Source: Octopus sinensis
Lineage: Eukaryota
Direction: 5' to 3'
Assembly: GCF_006345805.1 (NCBI RefSeq)
Contig: NC_043008.1
Coordinates: 39,184,001-39,248,000, forward strand
DNA: 64,000 nucleotides
A model generated the notes under the pieces. The model ran no database searches and was not told where the DNA came from. It saw only the letters and a program-made list of their open reading frames with translations. Within the stretch, counting starts at the first letter, position 1. The number at the start of each line of letters is the position of its first letter. The translations under genes and the position numbers were made by a program. This document shows positions 26,615 to 40,177 of the stretch, piece after piece.

Positions 26615-28770
26615 ACATCCAAAACGTAATTGAGAGAAATAGATCAAATAACAAAACCCCACAAATGCAAATATTAAATTATTTACAGAAAAATAACCAA
26701 CAAAATAGAAACTTGAACAGTAAAATCAAAAAGTCTAATATGATGGAATTTGTGGAACATTTAAGAATTGGTTATTTTAAAGCAGGAGAATATCGTACAA
26801 TTTAATCTAAATATGGAAATAATTAAAGAATTATCAACAAAAATTTCTAAGGACAAAGCAAAATTTCTCCCACGAAAAAAATTTAACGCAACCGTGGTCA
26901 TCCGTCATTTAATGAGAACGGATATGAACATCACTGCATCCAAGTTAAATGAAATAATATAAGTGGCAGCCATGGTAGTTATTATGTTAGATGGGTAAAT
27001 GCTTTTGTCGTGTGTTAATATCAAAATCTGAGCCATAGAGAAAAGGCAACCTGCTATAAAAAACAAATTCAAAAGAAAAACCATCCAAATGTAGAAAATG
27101 AAAATAGATCTCTCAATCCTTAATGAAATCAATAACGAAGGACACAGCTAAAAAGAAATGCGAAAGAGATAAAGAATACATAAATATAAACAGATCAATA
27201 AAACAGACAAAAAAATGTACTTAAAATGAAAGAATATCAGAAAGAAGATATCTTGGTGAAATCTGTCGAATGGAAAGCGACAAGGATTCTTTGAACGAAA
27301 CAGACAGTTCGACTCCAAGCAAAAACGGCTTTATCAAAAACAAATAAACGTAAAATAGAAATCAATGTTGTGCCAACAGCAACAGACAGAGAAAAATTTG
27401 AGGAAGAGTCATGGACAGTAAAAGAATTAAGAACACTAACATTATGTTAGATAAAGAAACGGAGACAAAGAGGAACATGCGTAAAAATGCTTAAAGAATC
27501 AATGGACGAGAAAGAGTTTAGCATTCCCATGCGCGTGCAAGAATAGCTCAAAGACGAATATTATTGATATAATAGACTAATAGTTAAAACGGAATTAAAT
27601 GCAATATACATATATACTTCATCATTATTTAACATCCCTTTTTCAATACATATATACACACACATACTAAACACACTCGCACGCAAACACACACACACAC
27701 GCATATACACACATGCATTCTGTAATGGACGTGAATACACTAAAAGTTGGAAAAAAATTGCAAAAATTTATAATATTCCTGAACTCAGTCTAAGTAAAAT
27801 AGCCAGAGGAAAGCAAGAAATATAATTATCTTTGGAAAACATACGCCAATATCTAGTAAGAATACGTTTAAGTAAAACTCCTGTGCAATTAAAAATCTAT
27901 TATAAAATAACCGCGGCAGAAATTGCAGAGCTATGGACAAAACCACAATGTGAAATTATTTCATATGTCTTCGAAACAAGAAACATAAGAGCAAATTTCT
28001 GACTTTATATGAATGAAATAGAGGTTTGTAAGGAAATAGGGAAGAAAAATATCTAAAATATAAACTATATTTGGATTACAGGTTAAAGAATGGAAAAAGC
28101 CTTACACGGCCTATACAGTGAAAGGAATTTATATCGAAACAACAGGGTCCAAAATGCTTTGAATTGACTGGAAAGGGACGTATAAAAGTTTGAATAGTGC
28201 CTTTGAACCGCAGGACTCAAAATTAAAGAATTCTGGATTGCAGCACAGGATCATGGTTCTCTTACCATAAGCCACAGCAGACATGCGATGAAGTTGCAAA
28301 TGATCCTTTCTACTATAGGCACAAGGGCTGAAATTTTGGGGAGGAGACCAGTCGATTACATCGACCCAGTGTTTCACTGCTAATTAATTTATAGACCCCG
28401 AAAGGATGAAAGGCAAAATCGACCTCGGTGGAATTTGAAATTAGAACGTAGAACGTACTACTACCGCATTGCGCCCGGTGTGCTAACAATTCTGCCAGCT
28501 CGTCGCCTTATTATGCAAACAAGCTGATTTTAAAATGTGTAGAGGATGGGAAAAATCAAATTATCCTACAGCTTCTGGCTTCCGTCTCTTGGACAAAAAG
28601 AACATACATCTGAAGGCATGAAAGCGTTCGAAGTTTTTACATTGGAACTTAGGCTAGTTTTGTAAAACGATAACTGAAAAGGTGAGTTATAAGTATACAT
28701 GAGAGATAACATTTGAACTAACTGAATTCCACATTCTGGAAGATAAAGGCTAGTTGGTCGGACATTGTTT
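26615..28770 (+). mobile_element. Highly eroded R4/Dong-like LINE, with SINE B (minus) at ~28300-28510
   Basis: A-rich coding-like strand with remnant W-K-x-LHG near 28090; adjacent to TAA/TTA repeats. Confidence 0.45.
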
Positions 28771-29049
28771 TTGAGGTCGACTGGAAAGTTAGGTGTATGT
28801 AACTGAAGTATTGATAGAAATAGAGATAATTAGAAGGTGGTACAAGGAAACAGATACACTTAGCCAAAACTTCCAGGATATAAATTATGCACAACATCTA
28901 GACAATAGCAGAGCAGTAGAGCAGTTTAAAGCAGAAGAAAATACAGGAAAGAAAACAAATAAACGAAAAATGATTCATACGTGGAGGGATAGCAGATCGT
29001 CACGTAGTACGGCGGGGAAAACACTCAATAAAAGTCAATGTACTAAAGA

Positions 29050-29182
29050 CTATTACTACTACTACTACTAGTAATAGTAATAGTAGTAGTAATAGTAATA
29101 GTAATAGTAATAGTAGTAGTAGTAATAGTAGTAGTAGTAGTAATAGTAGTAGTGGTAGTAGTAGTAGTAATAGTAGTAGTAA

Positions 29183-29261
<79 letters not shown>

Positions 29262-29355
29262 ATAACAGTAACAGTAACAGTAATAGTAACAACAACAACA
29301 ACAATAACAATAACAATAACAATAACAATAATAATAATAATAATAGTGATAATAG
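29050..29355. repeat. (TAG/TAA/AAC)n microsatellite
   Basis: Direct reading. Confidence 0.97.
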
Positions 29356-29673
29356 AAAAGTTTCTTTTCGGATCGAATATCAGAAGCTGTATTCTGGTCC
29401 AGGCTGAATCACCTCGGCTATTACTTTGGAGGTAGCTGCCCGTAATACGTGAAATGAATTTAAAATATCGCCAATATTTAAACCAAATTCAAAAAGAAAA
29501 TAAAGAAAGTGACGATTTTGAGGTTTACGATTAACTCCTATATTGATTTTATGCGTTAATTGTGATTACTATATAAAATATGCTGCCGGAACATATGCAC
29601 AAAACTAGGGTCGCAGGGCTGAGTAAAGCATTGATTACAAGCAATTAAGTAAATAAAAGTAAGCACAAATAAA

Positions 29674-29839
29674 AGGCGCAGGAGTGGCTGTGTGGTAAGT
29701 AGCTTGCTAACCAACCACATGGTTCAGGGTTCAGTCCCACTGCGTGGCATCTTGGGCAAGTGTCTTCTGCTATAGCCCCGGGCCGACCAATGCCTTGTGA
29801 GTGGATTTGGTAGACGGAAACAGAAAGAAGCCTGTCGTG

Positions 29840-29873
<34 letters not shown>

Positions 29874-30083
29874 ATATATGTATGTATGTGTGTATGTGTT
29901 TGTCCCCCTAGCATTGTTTGACAACCGATGCTTGTGTGTTTACGTCCCCGTCACTTAGCGGTTCGGCAAAAGAGACCGATAGAATAAGTACTGGGCTTAC
30001 AAAGAATAAGTCCCGGGGTCGATTTGCTCGACTGAAGGCGGTGCTCCAGCATGGCCGCAGTCAAATGACTGAAACAAGTAAAA
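29674..30083 (+). mobile_element. SINE family A
   Basis: Full-length match to family A. Confidence 0.92.
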
Positions 30084-30668
30084 AGCACAAATTTTTGTTA
30101 CCATTCACTCACAGTTTAATATTTATTCAACATACACGTACGGAAACAGCAGAGACAAGCGAAATGTAACTAACTTTTTAAAACAAATTAGCCTTGCGGT
30201 TCCTTCGTCGCATTCATATAATGAAATTGTCATGTTTATTTTCCAATTTCCAAAATGGCAATTCCCGAAATGTTTGGATTTGTTAATATTACCCATCTGA
30301 CATTTATACATTTAACTGATTTGTTACAATTTGTATGTATTAGTTTTCAAAATTATACTGCCGAAATGTTTTAATGCAATTTACGTACGCGTCGAATCTT
30401 TTAAGAAATCTTCATTGCATTACCACTGATTTTACACATTCTTTCAGTCTCCATTGGAAGACCAGTAATATAATTGGAGTGATATAGTCTTTATCTCTGC
30501 AGGAGGAAGTATGGTTGCAGAAAAGATGCAAAAATATGCCACTTACTATACCGACAAAAAGACAAAGGGTGTTTAAGAGTGCCTTCAAACATACCGACTA
30601 GAAATTTTGTAGAGTTGACTTTTGCTTCATAGTTAATTGCATCAGCATTGTATTTGAAGTCACAAGCA

Positions 30669-30757
30669 TTGCTGGGGTCTAAATATGAACAACAGAATAA
30701 AAATCTTAATCTATTTAACCGAGTTCTATTCTGTTGTTCATAATTAGGCCATAGCCA
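30669..30757. ncRNA. Candidate pri-miRNA-like hairpin
   Basis: 16-bp perfect stem tatgaacaacagaata/tattctgttgttcata plus basal stem gctggggtctaa/ttaggccatagc; no repeat match within the window. Confidence 0.35.
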
Positions 30758-32191
30758 ACCTTTATCAAACAGATTTATATATAAAAAAGCAGGCTATTAA
30801 TGTTTTTTCAACGTTCATCTAGGGGCACATAACCCAGTGTGTCATTTTAAGTCTGGATGGCGGTGACTTACATAGCAGGGAGAAAGTATACCATCTGGAG
30901 TAAGGCTTCTGGGGATTGCAAAGAGCATGAAAACATTAACATTTTAAATAAAACAAAAGGTTTTAAACTGGTACAAACCCCATGACGAACAAAGATAAAT
31001 TACATAGAGATATGTTCCATGTTATCTCCATTATGAGCGAGGAAGGTCTTTCTCAGTATAAGAAACACTGCTGTGAAATCTGTTCTAGTGCGTTAAACTA
31101 AGGGCTCCATTGTTGAATCGACCAGTTGTAAGCTTAAACGAGTATGTTCGTATGTTTTAACGTACATATTAGTTTATACTTTCGTGTCATAACCCTAGGG
31201 TGGAAAGGAAAAAGGTTGGTGATGATGCACCGTATGAATGCTCTCAAGAACTCTCCTTTACGCCACCGATTACGAGAAATAAACTGGGTGCGACAAAGAA
31301 GAAACAACTTAACCAATATTTGACCGGCTCTTTACTTTATCTGTAGTGATTAAAATCAAAGTTAATCTCGATGGGATTTGAACTCGGAGTGCAGTGATTG
31401 GCTGCAAATGCCGTAAGACATTATGGTCGACGCTCTTACAACTGTAACATTTTACTTGCTTAAACATTTTATGTGTGTCAATGCTTTCATCTTTTACTAA
31501 ATGTGTATCTGTCTTTTCTTGTATATGTGTGCGTGAGTGTGTCTGTTTGTGTGTGTACGTGTGTGTCTGTGTGTGGTCTATGTGAATCTATAGACAAACA
31601 CTTCGTCTTTGTATCACTTTATTCAGGTTCAAGATGGAGTCAAGGTCAGTCTCTTGCTAATTACTAATTGTGTTATCTGTATGGAAGTGCCGAAGTGCGG
31701 AGCACGTGTGAGCGCGCGTGTGTACTTATCTCCCTGTGTGTCTCTCTGAGTGCGTGTGTGTGTGTGTGGTGTGTGTGTGTGTGTGTGTTTCTGTGTATGA
31801 ATAATAGTGAGAGCTTTTGTATGCATGCGGGCGTTTTGTGTATGTGGTGTGTGTCTATAAAAACCTGTTTCTGTGTTTGTATGAATATTTGGCTGCGAGA
31901 ACGACGTGTGGAAACGTGCGTGTATACAATTAACGAAGTAGGTTTTCAACTTACCTATCGGCGCAACTTCTTCATCAGTATAATACCAAATCGAATCGAA
32001 GGAAACCGACAAACGCCAGATTAATTGGCTGTGTTGGATGTGACGTTAACACACTTTTGATCGACTTAATCTCTTATGTCCGTTTGAGAACATTAGATAC
32101 TTATTAAAAGCCACTTCATTTGATATTACAAGATAATTTGATTTAATAAGATAATTTAAGACACACTCACACACACACATAAAATATATAC

Positions 32192-32234
<43 letters not shown>

Positions 32235-32728
32235 TTTGTGCGTGTGCACACGTTCCCCATATATGTTCATCGATGTAGGTTGTTAAAGGCGTCTCAGTCT
32301 GTATGTGATGTTACTAGAAATAATCATGTGATAATGAACTGTATAAATTCTGATAACTGTTTACAAGATTTTTTTTTTCATAATTTAGAATGAAATTAAC
32401 GAACCTATTCTTTCTTTCTTTTCTTAAAACGAGAGAAAAGAATGAGAATGTTGTTAGAAACAAAGAGATCGAAACTGAAATTTTGTCTACAAATGAAGTT
32501 TTATTATATAATATAACCTAAATTTTGTTTTTTGTAAAATTCATATTTGGATTTTGTAATTTATTTATTTTCTTTGTATTCCACTAAATCTCAGCATCGT
32601 TCTGAAACGTTGTTTGTGGTGAAAACAATGATATTTTCGATTAATGTTGTCTCATTTGTTTTGAGTTCTAAAACGTTGGATTAATTCATTCACGCTATAT
32701 CTGTAAACGAAGAGAGAGAATTCTCTTC

Positions 32729-33238
32729 CACCTCACCAAATACAGATCCTGGATAGAAAGCTAGATAGTAAAGAACAAAAAAATGGCTTCCATTTGATTC
32801 TGTTACATATTCTCATTCCATCAACAGTCAAGCTTGACATTCCTTCAACCGTGAAGCTTGACACCTCCCCAAATACAGATCCTGGATAGAAAGCTAGATA
32901 GTAAAGAACAAAAAAATGGCTTCCATTTGTTTCTGTTACATATTCTCATTCCATCAACAGTCAAGCTTGACATTCCTTCAACCGTAAAGCTTGACACCTC
33001 CCCAAATACAGATCCTGGATAGAAAGCTAGATAATAAAGAACAAGAAAATGGCTTCCATTTGTTTCTGTTACATATTCTCATTCCATCAACAGTCAAGCT
33101 TGACATTCCTTCAACCGTGAAGCTTGACACCTCACCAAATACAGACCCTGGATAGAATGTTAGATAGTAAAAAACAAGAAAATGGCTTCCATTTGTTTCT
33201 GTTACATATTCTCATTCCTTCAACGGTGAAGCTTGACA
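32729..33238. repeat. 133-bp tandem repeat, ~3.8 copies
   Basis: Units start at 32729, 32862, 32995 and 33128. Confidence 0.95.
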
Positions 33239-33598
33239 ATATGCATGGGTTGTACCGAAAATAATGCAAAAGCATGCATAATTTATTATTGACATACGCC
33301 ATAGAGAGTATAGAGATTGTACATACTGGTTGAGTATTTTTTTCTCTGGAGTAACTCTTCTTCCGCTTTTCTTCGCAGGGAACACGGGTTTCAGAAAAAA
33401 GCAGATTGCTATCATTGTCTTTTTGACGAAGCGGGGAAGCAGACTGTCCGACAGCCACAAACATTTACACAGAAGTTCCTTTATGAAGACGACCCCAAGA
33501 GTAATGTGTACGTACACATGAAGACGTAGAGTATAGACCTCTGGAGTAGCGATAGAATTGGCCAAACTGGAATGGTGGTCAAAGTTCGGGGCATAATA

Positions 33599-33834
33599 TA
33601 TTTCTTTACTACCTACAAGGGGCTAAACACAGAGGGGACAAACAAGGACAGACAAACGGATTAAGTCGATTACATGGACCCCAGTGCGTAACTGGTACTT
33701 AATTTATCGACCCCGAAAGGATGAAAGGCAAAGTCGACCTCGGCGGAATTTGAACTCAGAACGTAGCGGCAGACAAAATACCGCTAAGCATTTCGCCCGG
33801 CATGCTAACGTTTCTGCCAGCTCGCCGCCTTACC
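33599..33834 (-). mobile_element. SINE family B with 14-bp TSD
   Basis: TSD ttcggggcataata at 33585-33598 and 33835-33848. Confidence 0.93.
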
Positions 33835-34276
33835 TTCGGGGCATAATAGTGAGTGACTTCTTGTCAAACGGACGCCGGGTTCTTTAGGAGGATACACTCC
33901 AAAATACCTGCGTTTTATATGAGTGGTACCGTTTTATATGTGGAGTGAGCACAGTATTCCATTAGGGATCTCATTCTGGTATTGATAGAGATGTAGAAGT
34001 TCTTGAGAGCTGAAATATTTCTTGGCTCTTAAGAGGAAGTTCAGTTTTTGTGATAATTATTTTTGTCTACGGAAGGGATATAAATTAAACAAGAGTAATT
34101 GTGAGACCGAGCTTTTGTATTAACATTGAGTGTTTGGAATGCATTGGGGTGTAATGCTTCGTTGATGTGACCAGTGATAGTGTCTTTGTACCGTAAAAGA
34201 AAAAAAATGGCATGACATTGGAGTTATAATTACAAAAGGCAACACAGACAATTCCGAGAAGAGAGAAATAAATATA

Positions 34277-34765
34277 AAGGCGGCGAGCTGGCAGAAGTGT
34301 TAGCACGCCGGGCGAAATGCTTAGTGGTATTTCGTCTGCTGCTACGGCGAGCTGGCAGAAACGGTAGCACGCCGGGCGAAATGTGTAGCCGTATTTCGTC
34401 TGCCGTTACGTTCTGAGTTCAAATTCCGCCGAGGTCGACTTTGCCTTTCATGCTTTAGGGGTCGATAAATTAAGTACCAGTTACGCACTGGGGTCGATGT
34501 AATCGACTTAATCCGTTTGTCTGTCCTTGTTTATCCCTTCTGTATTTAGCCCCTTGTGGGTAGTAAAGAAATACGTATTTCGTCTGCTGCTACGTTCTGA
34601 GTTCACATTCCGCCGAGGTCAACTTTGCCTTTCATCCTTTCGGGGTCGATTAAATAAGTACCAGTTACGCACTGGGGTCGATATAATCGACTTAATCCGT
34701 TTGTCTGTCCTTGCTTGTCTCCTCTGTGAGTAGCCCCTTGTGGGCAGTAAAGAAATAAGAAATAA
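34277..34765 (+). mobile_element. SINE family B multimer
   Basis: Duplicated head, then two bodies head-to-tail. Confidence 0.9.
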
Positions 34766-36213
34766 ATATAAAGAAATAAGAATTGAATCCAGTACTTTAA
34801 TGATATATTATTTATTAAGACATAAACTGAAGTAAATCTAGGTAGCTTCGAACTCAAGGAAGGTAGCTTCGAACTCAAAGTGCAGAGAGCCGAAGCAAAT
34901 ATAACAAGTCATTCTGTCCGACACTTTAACATCTGTACTAATTCGCCATAATGTAAGCCAGTGAAGTGTCGGCCATTAAATCCACTCCAATACGTGGACA
35001 GCTCTTATTCAGAATCGATGATAAGAGAAGTTAACAAGGCATCCACAGTAGGGTTTTGTACACAAAAATGTTAAGTAGATAAACCAAAATACTTAAATTA
35101 AAAAAAAAAATGCATTCAAACCGATGCTCTATTGTTTCTCGCCATTCCGCTGCGAATAATTTTTTAGGAATATAATTAAAACTTTAGCGAGCGATTGTGC
35201 ACTTTTCATCTTCTTTTAGCGTTAAATTATATGAAGTAGTTCTTAATCGACAAATATATTGAAGAAATATGAGCGTATGTTCCAGCCAATTGGATCGACT
35301 AAAGCGATGATAATGAAAACAAAGGATTTGTATTTTCAATTGAATGGTATCACGAGGACTTCATTCTTAAGACAATTGAGTTCTTTCTCAAATCAACTTC
35401 GAAATCGCTCTCAATACAAAATGATATTTGTTTTTTTTTATTAAAAAATTTTTTTTTGTACTCACTTTACGACTAATGAGTAGTTGGTTGAGGGTCGTTG
35501 ACACCTTTCATTTGCAATGTCTTCTCTTTTGTCTAAGATTAGAATAAAGAGACAAATAAACATAATAATCTGCAAATCTTTCTTTAACCCCTTTATGTTC
35601 AATTACCGTTAAAGAATGATCCAAAGAAGTAGACCTCTAGATAACCATTTAATCTGCTAGAAATAGCAGCCAAATTCGTTTCACCTGTCTAATTTATGGT
35701 ATTAGATAGACTTTTGTGTTATAGGAACAAAGCCCAGTTGTTTTAGAAGTAATCAAAGTCGATCGAATCTACCTCAGTTTACTGGAACATTATTTTAATC
35801 TACCATGGTTTGAGTGGATAAAATGTTGCATAACACAGAACTTACTTTTCATGCTTTTCAATGCTGTGCAACCAGGGAGGCAACAGAGGTTCTGACAACA
35901 AGGAGCTGGCTGTATTTCAGATTCTTTATACGAGTTTACTTTCTTCTAGAAGAAGGAAGCTCTAACGAAGATTGAGGACTCTTCACTTCTAGTGGTCCAT
36001 ATGCTTATTAAATTGTAGCTGGGACCTAACAAATGCTACTATTTTGGATCTGAGTAGGCCTGGAGACAACAGTGGCTAAGAGATGGTTCTACACTTTTGA
36101 AATACCTGGAACTCCCATACCAGGACCCTACTATCAGATGCACTTTAAGGTCTTGCATACATACACAAAGTCAACCCTGAATATGACATTAGTGAGAGAA
36201 ACAGTAATAACAC

Positions 36214-36628
36214 TGAGAGAAAATATTTATCCCCACTTAAACGTGTATGTTCTGTTTGAACACAATGTTCTGCGGCAGATATCATGAGAGAAACGCTCAC
36301 ATTGGCCTTAGGTGTTAAATGCTCGTTTATTTATAGGGAGATAAATTCCCATCGCCTCCAGCGCCGAGACAACCAGATCGGATGATTTCGACATTCTTTG
36401 GTTTCGTCAGTGATGGACGCTCGACCACTAGAGATAGCAGCGACTTGTCTTCCCGACACCGATATATAGAAGTAGAGATAGCGAGGATTTATCTCTCCTG
36501 TAGTAATATAAAAAAGATTGCATTTTGCACCAAAGGCTAATATGAGAGTTTCTCTCATAGTAACTGCCGCAGTATAATTAGTTCTAATAGAACGTTCGCG
36601 TTTAGGCGGAGATAAATTTTACCTCTCA
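36214..36628. mobile_element. Diverged long-TIR foldback element (MITE)
   Basis: ~135-bp imperfect arms: tgagagaaaatatttatcc..ctgcggcag..atgagagaaac versus gtttctctcat..ctgccgcag..gataaattttacctctca. Confidence 0.75.
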
Positions 36629-36837
36629 TCCACAAATGTTGCAAAAATTTCAATCACTGAACCGTGACCATCAAAGAGCACTGGATTGAAGAGTTTTCAG
36701 GGAAAACATCCACTTCCAGTACATATTTATAAAAATTTGTTACTTCGGGAAAAACACGTTATATTAGCATTATTTCAATAAATTATTTGTTTCTTTGGTT
36801 AACACATTGAAATTATGCCGCAAGGTACATGGGATCT

Positions 36838-37081
36838 CTTTTCTTTTTACTCTTTTACTTGTTTTAGTCATTTTGTCTGTGGCCATGCTGGAACACTACT
36901 TTAGTCGAGCAATTCGAGCCCATGACTTAATCTTTGTAAGCCTAGTACTTATTCTATCGGTCTCTTTTGCCGAATCACCAAGTTACGCGGACGTAAACAC
37001 ACCAGCATCGCTTGTCAAACGATGATGGAGGGACAAACAGAGACACACAAACATATATATATACACACACACACACACATA

Positions 37082-37155
<74 letters not shown>

Positions 37156-37320
37156 TACGACGTCTTCTTTCTGTTTCCGTCTAGCAAATCCACTCACAAG
37201 GCTTTGGTCGGCCTGAGGCTATAGTAGAAGACATTTTCCCAAGGTGCCACGCAGTGGCACTGAACCCGGAACCGTGTAGTTCGTAAGGAAGCTACTTACC
37301 ACACAGCCACTCCTACGTCT
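36838..37320 (-). mobile_element. SINE family A
   Basis: Full reverse copy with expanded internal (CA)(TA). Confidence 0.9.
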
Positions 37321-37437
37321 ATGCCAGGTAGAGTTTGCTTGTATGTGTGTTATTTTTGTTGTCGTTGCTGTTGTAGTTGATGTTGATGTTCTATTAGATC
37401 AGATCTGAATGAAACGCATGGACTGCAGCATAGAAGC

Positions 37438-37866
37438 TGCGCAGGAATGGTTGTGTGGTACTAGCTGGCTTACCAACCACATGGTTCCGGGTTCAGTCTC
37501 ACTGCGTAGCACCTTGTGCAAAGGTCTTCTACTGTAGCCTCGGGCCGACCAAACCTTATGAGTGGATTTGGTAGACGGAAACTGAAAGAAACCCATCGTA
37601 TATATGCATGTGTATGCGTGTCTGTTTGTCCCCCTCCCACAACCATCGCTTGACAACCGATGTAGGTGTGTTTACGTCCCCGTAGATTAACGGTTCGGCG
37701 AAAGAGACCGATAGAATGAGTACTAGGCATATGGTGTAGTGCTTAAGAGCGCGGGCTACTAACTCCAATATTCCGAGTTCGATTCCAGGCAGTGAACTGA
37801 ATATTAATAATGATGATAATGATGATGATGATGATGATTATTATTATGATGATGATGATGATAATG

Positions 37867-37941
<75 letters not shown>

Positions 37942-38218
37942 TCGAAAAATACCTTAGAAATGAGAACCCAGGTTCGAAATTTCTCCAAGACACCTAATGA
38001 AGGCTGGCAGGTATATCAGTCAAAACGTTGCGTTAACAACAAACAAGGTGACGACAAATATCCGCCAAATGTAAATAATGTAAATAATGTACATAATTCC
38101 TCATCTCATAAATATAGAACTGAATTACAATGAATAAGTCCTGTGGTCGATTTGATCGACAAAAAGCGGTGCTCCAGCATGGCCACAGTCAAATGACTGA
38201 AACAATCAACTAAATAAA
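37438..38218 (+). mobile_element. SINE family A split by a nested insertion
   Basis: Body breaks at tactaggc (37728) and resumes at ttacaatgaataagtcc (38125). Confidence 0.88.
37729..38124 (+). mobile_element. Nested tRNA-headed SINE with (ATG/AAT)n and a hammerhead-like tail
   Basis: A-box TGGTGTAGTG, B-box GAGTTCGATTCC; tail gacac-CTAATGA-a-GGCTG..CAGTC-AAAAC-GTT-gcgtt. Confidence 0.7.
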
Positions 38219-38943
38219 AAATACTCTATCGGTGTCTTTTGCCAAACAACTAGTTTACGGGAAGGTATACAAACCAACACCAGATGTCAAGCTTTGGTAG
38301 AAAGACAATCACACACACACGTATTTATATATGTATGTACGTATGTATGTATGTACACAGACACACACACAGACACACATATGTGGAACGATGCGTTTGT
38401 ATGTGAGTACATAATTTTTGTATTAAGTGAATTAAGTGGAATATAGATAGAAGCGCCGATATATGTTGTTCATAATCCATTATTAAAGATGAATATCTCT
38501 ACAGCTATTATCTAATGTTTGACAACTTGTCGTACTTCAGATGACATTTAAATACAGGAAACTTTTGGCAAAGAAAATTGGTAATGAGTTCAGCGAAGTT
38601 GTTTACATTGCTGAATAGTGAGACACTTGACTACTTCTGTTGAATCAATTAATTCTTATCTCCAAGCTAGATAATACCTCGGGAAAAATACGTTATATTA
38701 GCATTATTTCAATAAAATATTTGTTTCTTACACATCGAAATTATGCCGTAAGATACATGTGATCTTTTGCCTTCTATGTAGAGTTTGCTCATATGTAAGT
38801 TATTTTTGTTGTTGTGGTTGCTGTTGGTGTTGTTGCTGTTGTTTTTACGTTCTAGGTCAGATCTGAATGAAATACATGGACAACAGCATAGAGGCTACGC
38901 TTTTCTATCATTTTGTCTACATAGCGCCAATCGAGAGCCATCA

Positions 38944-39010
<67 letters not shown>

Positions 39011-39281
39011 CCTTTCTCTTGTCAGTAGAATGCTATGTGAGGGGTATTAGGTTGCTATTTATAATAACAACGTCAAAACTATTATGGCAAGCATTACAAG
39101 GACTACAATGTGAACGCCTTCTCTGCAATATCAGCAAAGATTTGCTCGAATTTGCTTGCTTGCACGCAAAATATCGACGAGCTGTAGAGGCCTTCCCACC
39201 TTGCAGAGAAAATTCACGCATAAAACTTACAAATACAATATATAGATGAATATTCAAAATGAATATCTGAAATTTATACGA

Positions 39282-39338
<57 letters not shown>

Positions 39339-39359
39339 TAATAATAATAATAATAATAA

Positions 39360-40100
39360 AGAAGAAGTTACTTGGACGTAAATACACCAACATCAGTTGT
39401 CGAGCGGTGGTGGGAGACAAACATAGAAACAAAGACGCACACACACACACACGCATACACACCTACGCACACACATACATACATACATACATACAAATAC
39501 GATAGGCTTCTTTCAGTTTCTGTCTACCAAATCTACTCACAAGGCTTTGATCTGTCCGAAGCTATTGTAGAAAATTGCCCGAGGTGCCACGTAGTGCGAC
39601 TGAACATGGGACCATGTGGTTCGCAAGCAAGCTCCTTACCACACAGCCACTCCTGTGCCTCTTGTTATTGTTGTTGTTGCAACTGTTTTTGTAGCTGGCC
39701 ACATCGTTGTTACCGAAAATCTTTTTTGTTAATTTATTCTTTTATTCTTTAACTGGTTTCAGTCATTTGGCTGCGGCCGTGCTGGAGCACCGTCATTAGT
39801 CGAACAAATCTATCCCAGGACTTATCCTTTATAAGCCTAGTGCTTATTCTATCGGTCTCTTTTGCTTAACCGCGGAGTTACGGGGACGTAAAGACACCAA
39901 AATCGGTTGTCAAGCGATGATGGGGGATAAGCACAGACACATAAATACGTACATGCATACATATACAATGAGCTTCTTTCAGTTTCCGTCCACCAAATCT
40001 ACTCACAAAGCTTCGGTCTGTCCGCGGCTCTTGTAGAAGACACTTGCCCAAGGTGCCCAGAACCCTATTGTTGGGAAGCAAGCTTCTTATCACACACCCA
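39360..40100 (-). mobile_element. Two diverged SINE family A copies
   Basis: 39360-39660 and 39735-40100. Confidence 0.85.
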
Positions 40101-40144
40101 CTCTTGTTGTTCGTTTTTTAGCAATGATATTTTGTTGTTGTTAT

Positions 40145-40177
<33 letters not shown>

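Larger units (their letters stand above)
32700..34270 (+). mobile_element. Eroded hAT (ZMYM1/Tip100-like) transposase remnant
   Basis: YRPWIEC*IVKNKKMASICFCYIFS resembles a TTF zinc finger; IAIIVFLTKRG resembles the hAT FLxxxGLAFRG segment; the rest is heavily degenerate. Confidence 0.45.

Noticed and set aside
32729-33238. Possible CRISPR-like array
   Set aside because: The units are contiguous with no unique spacers, the context is eukaryotic and there are no cas genes.
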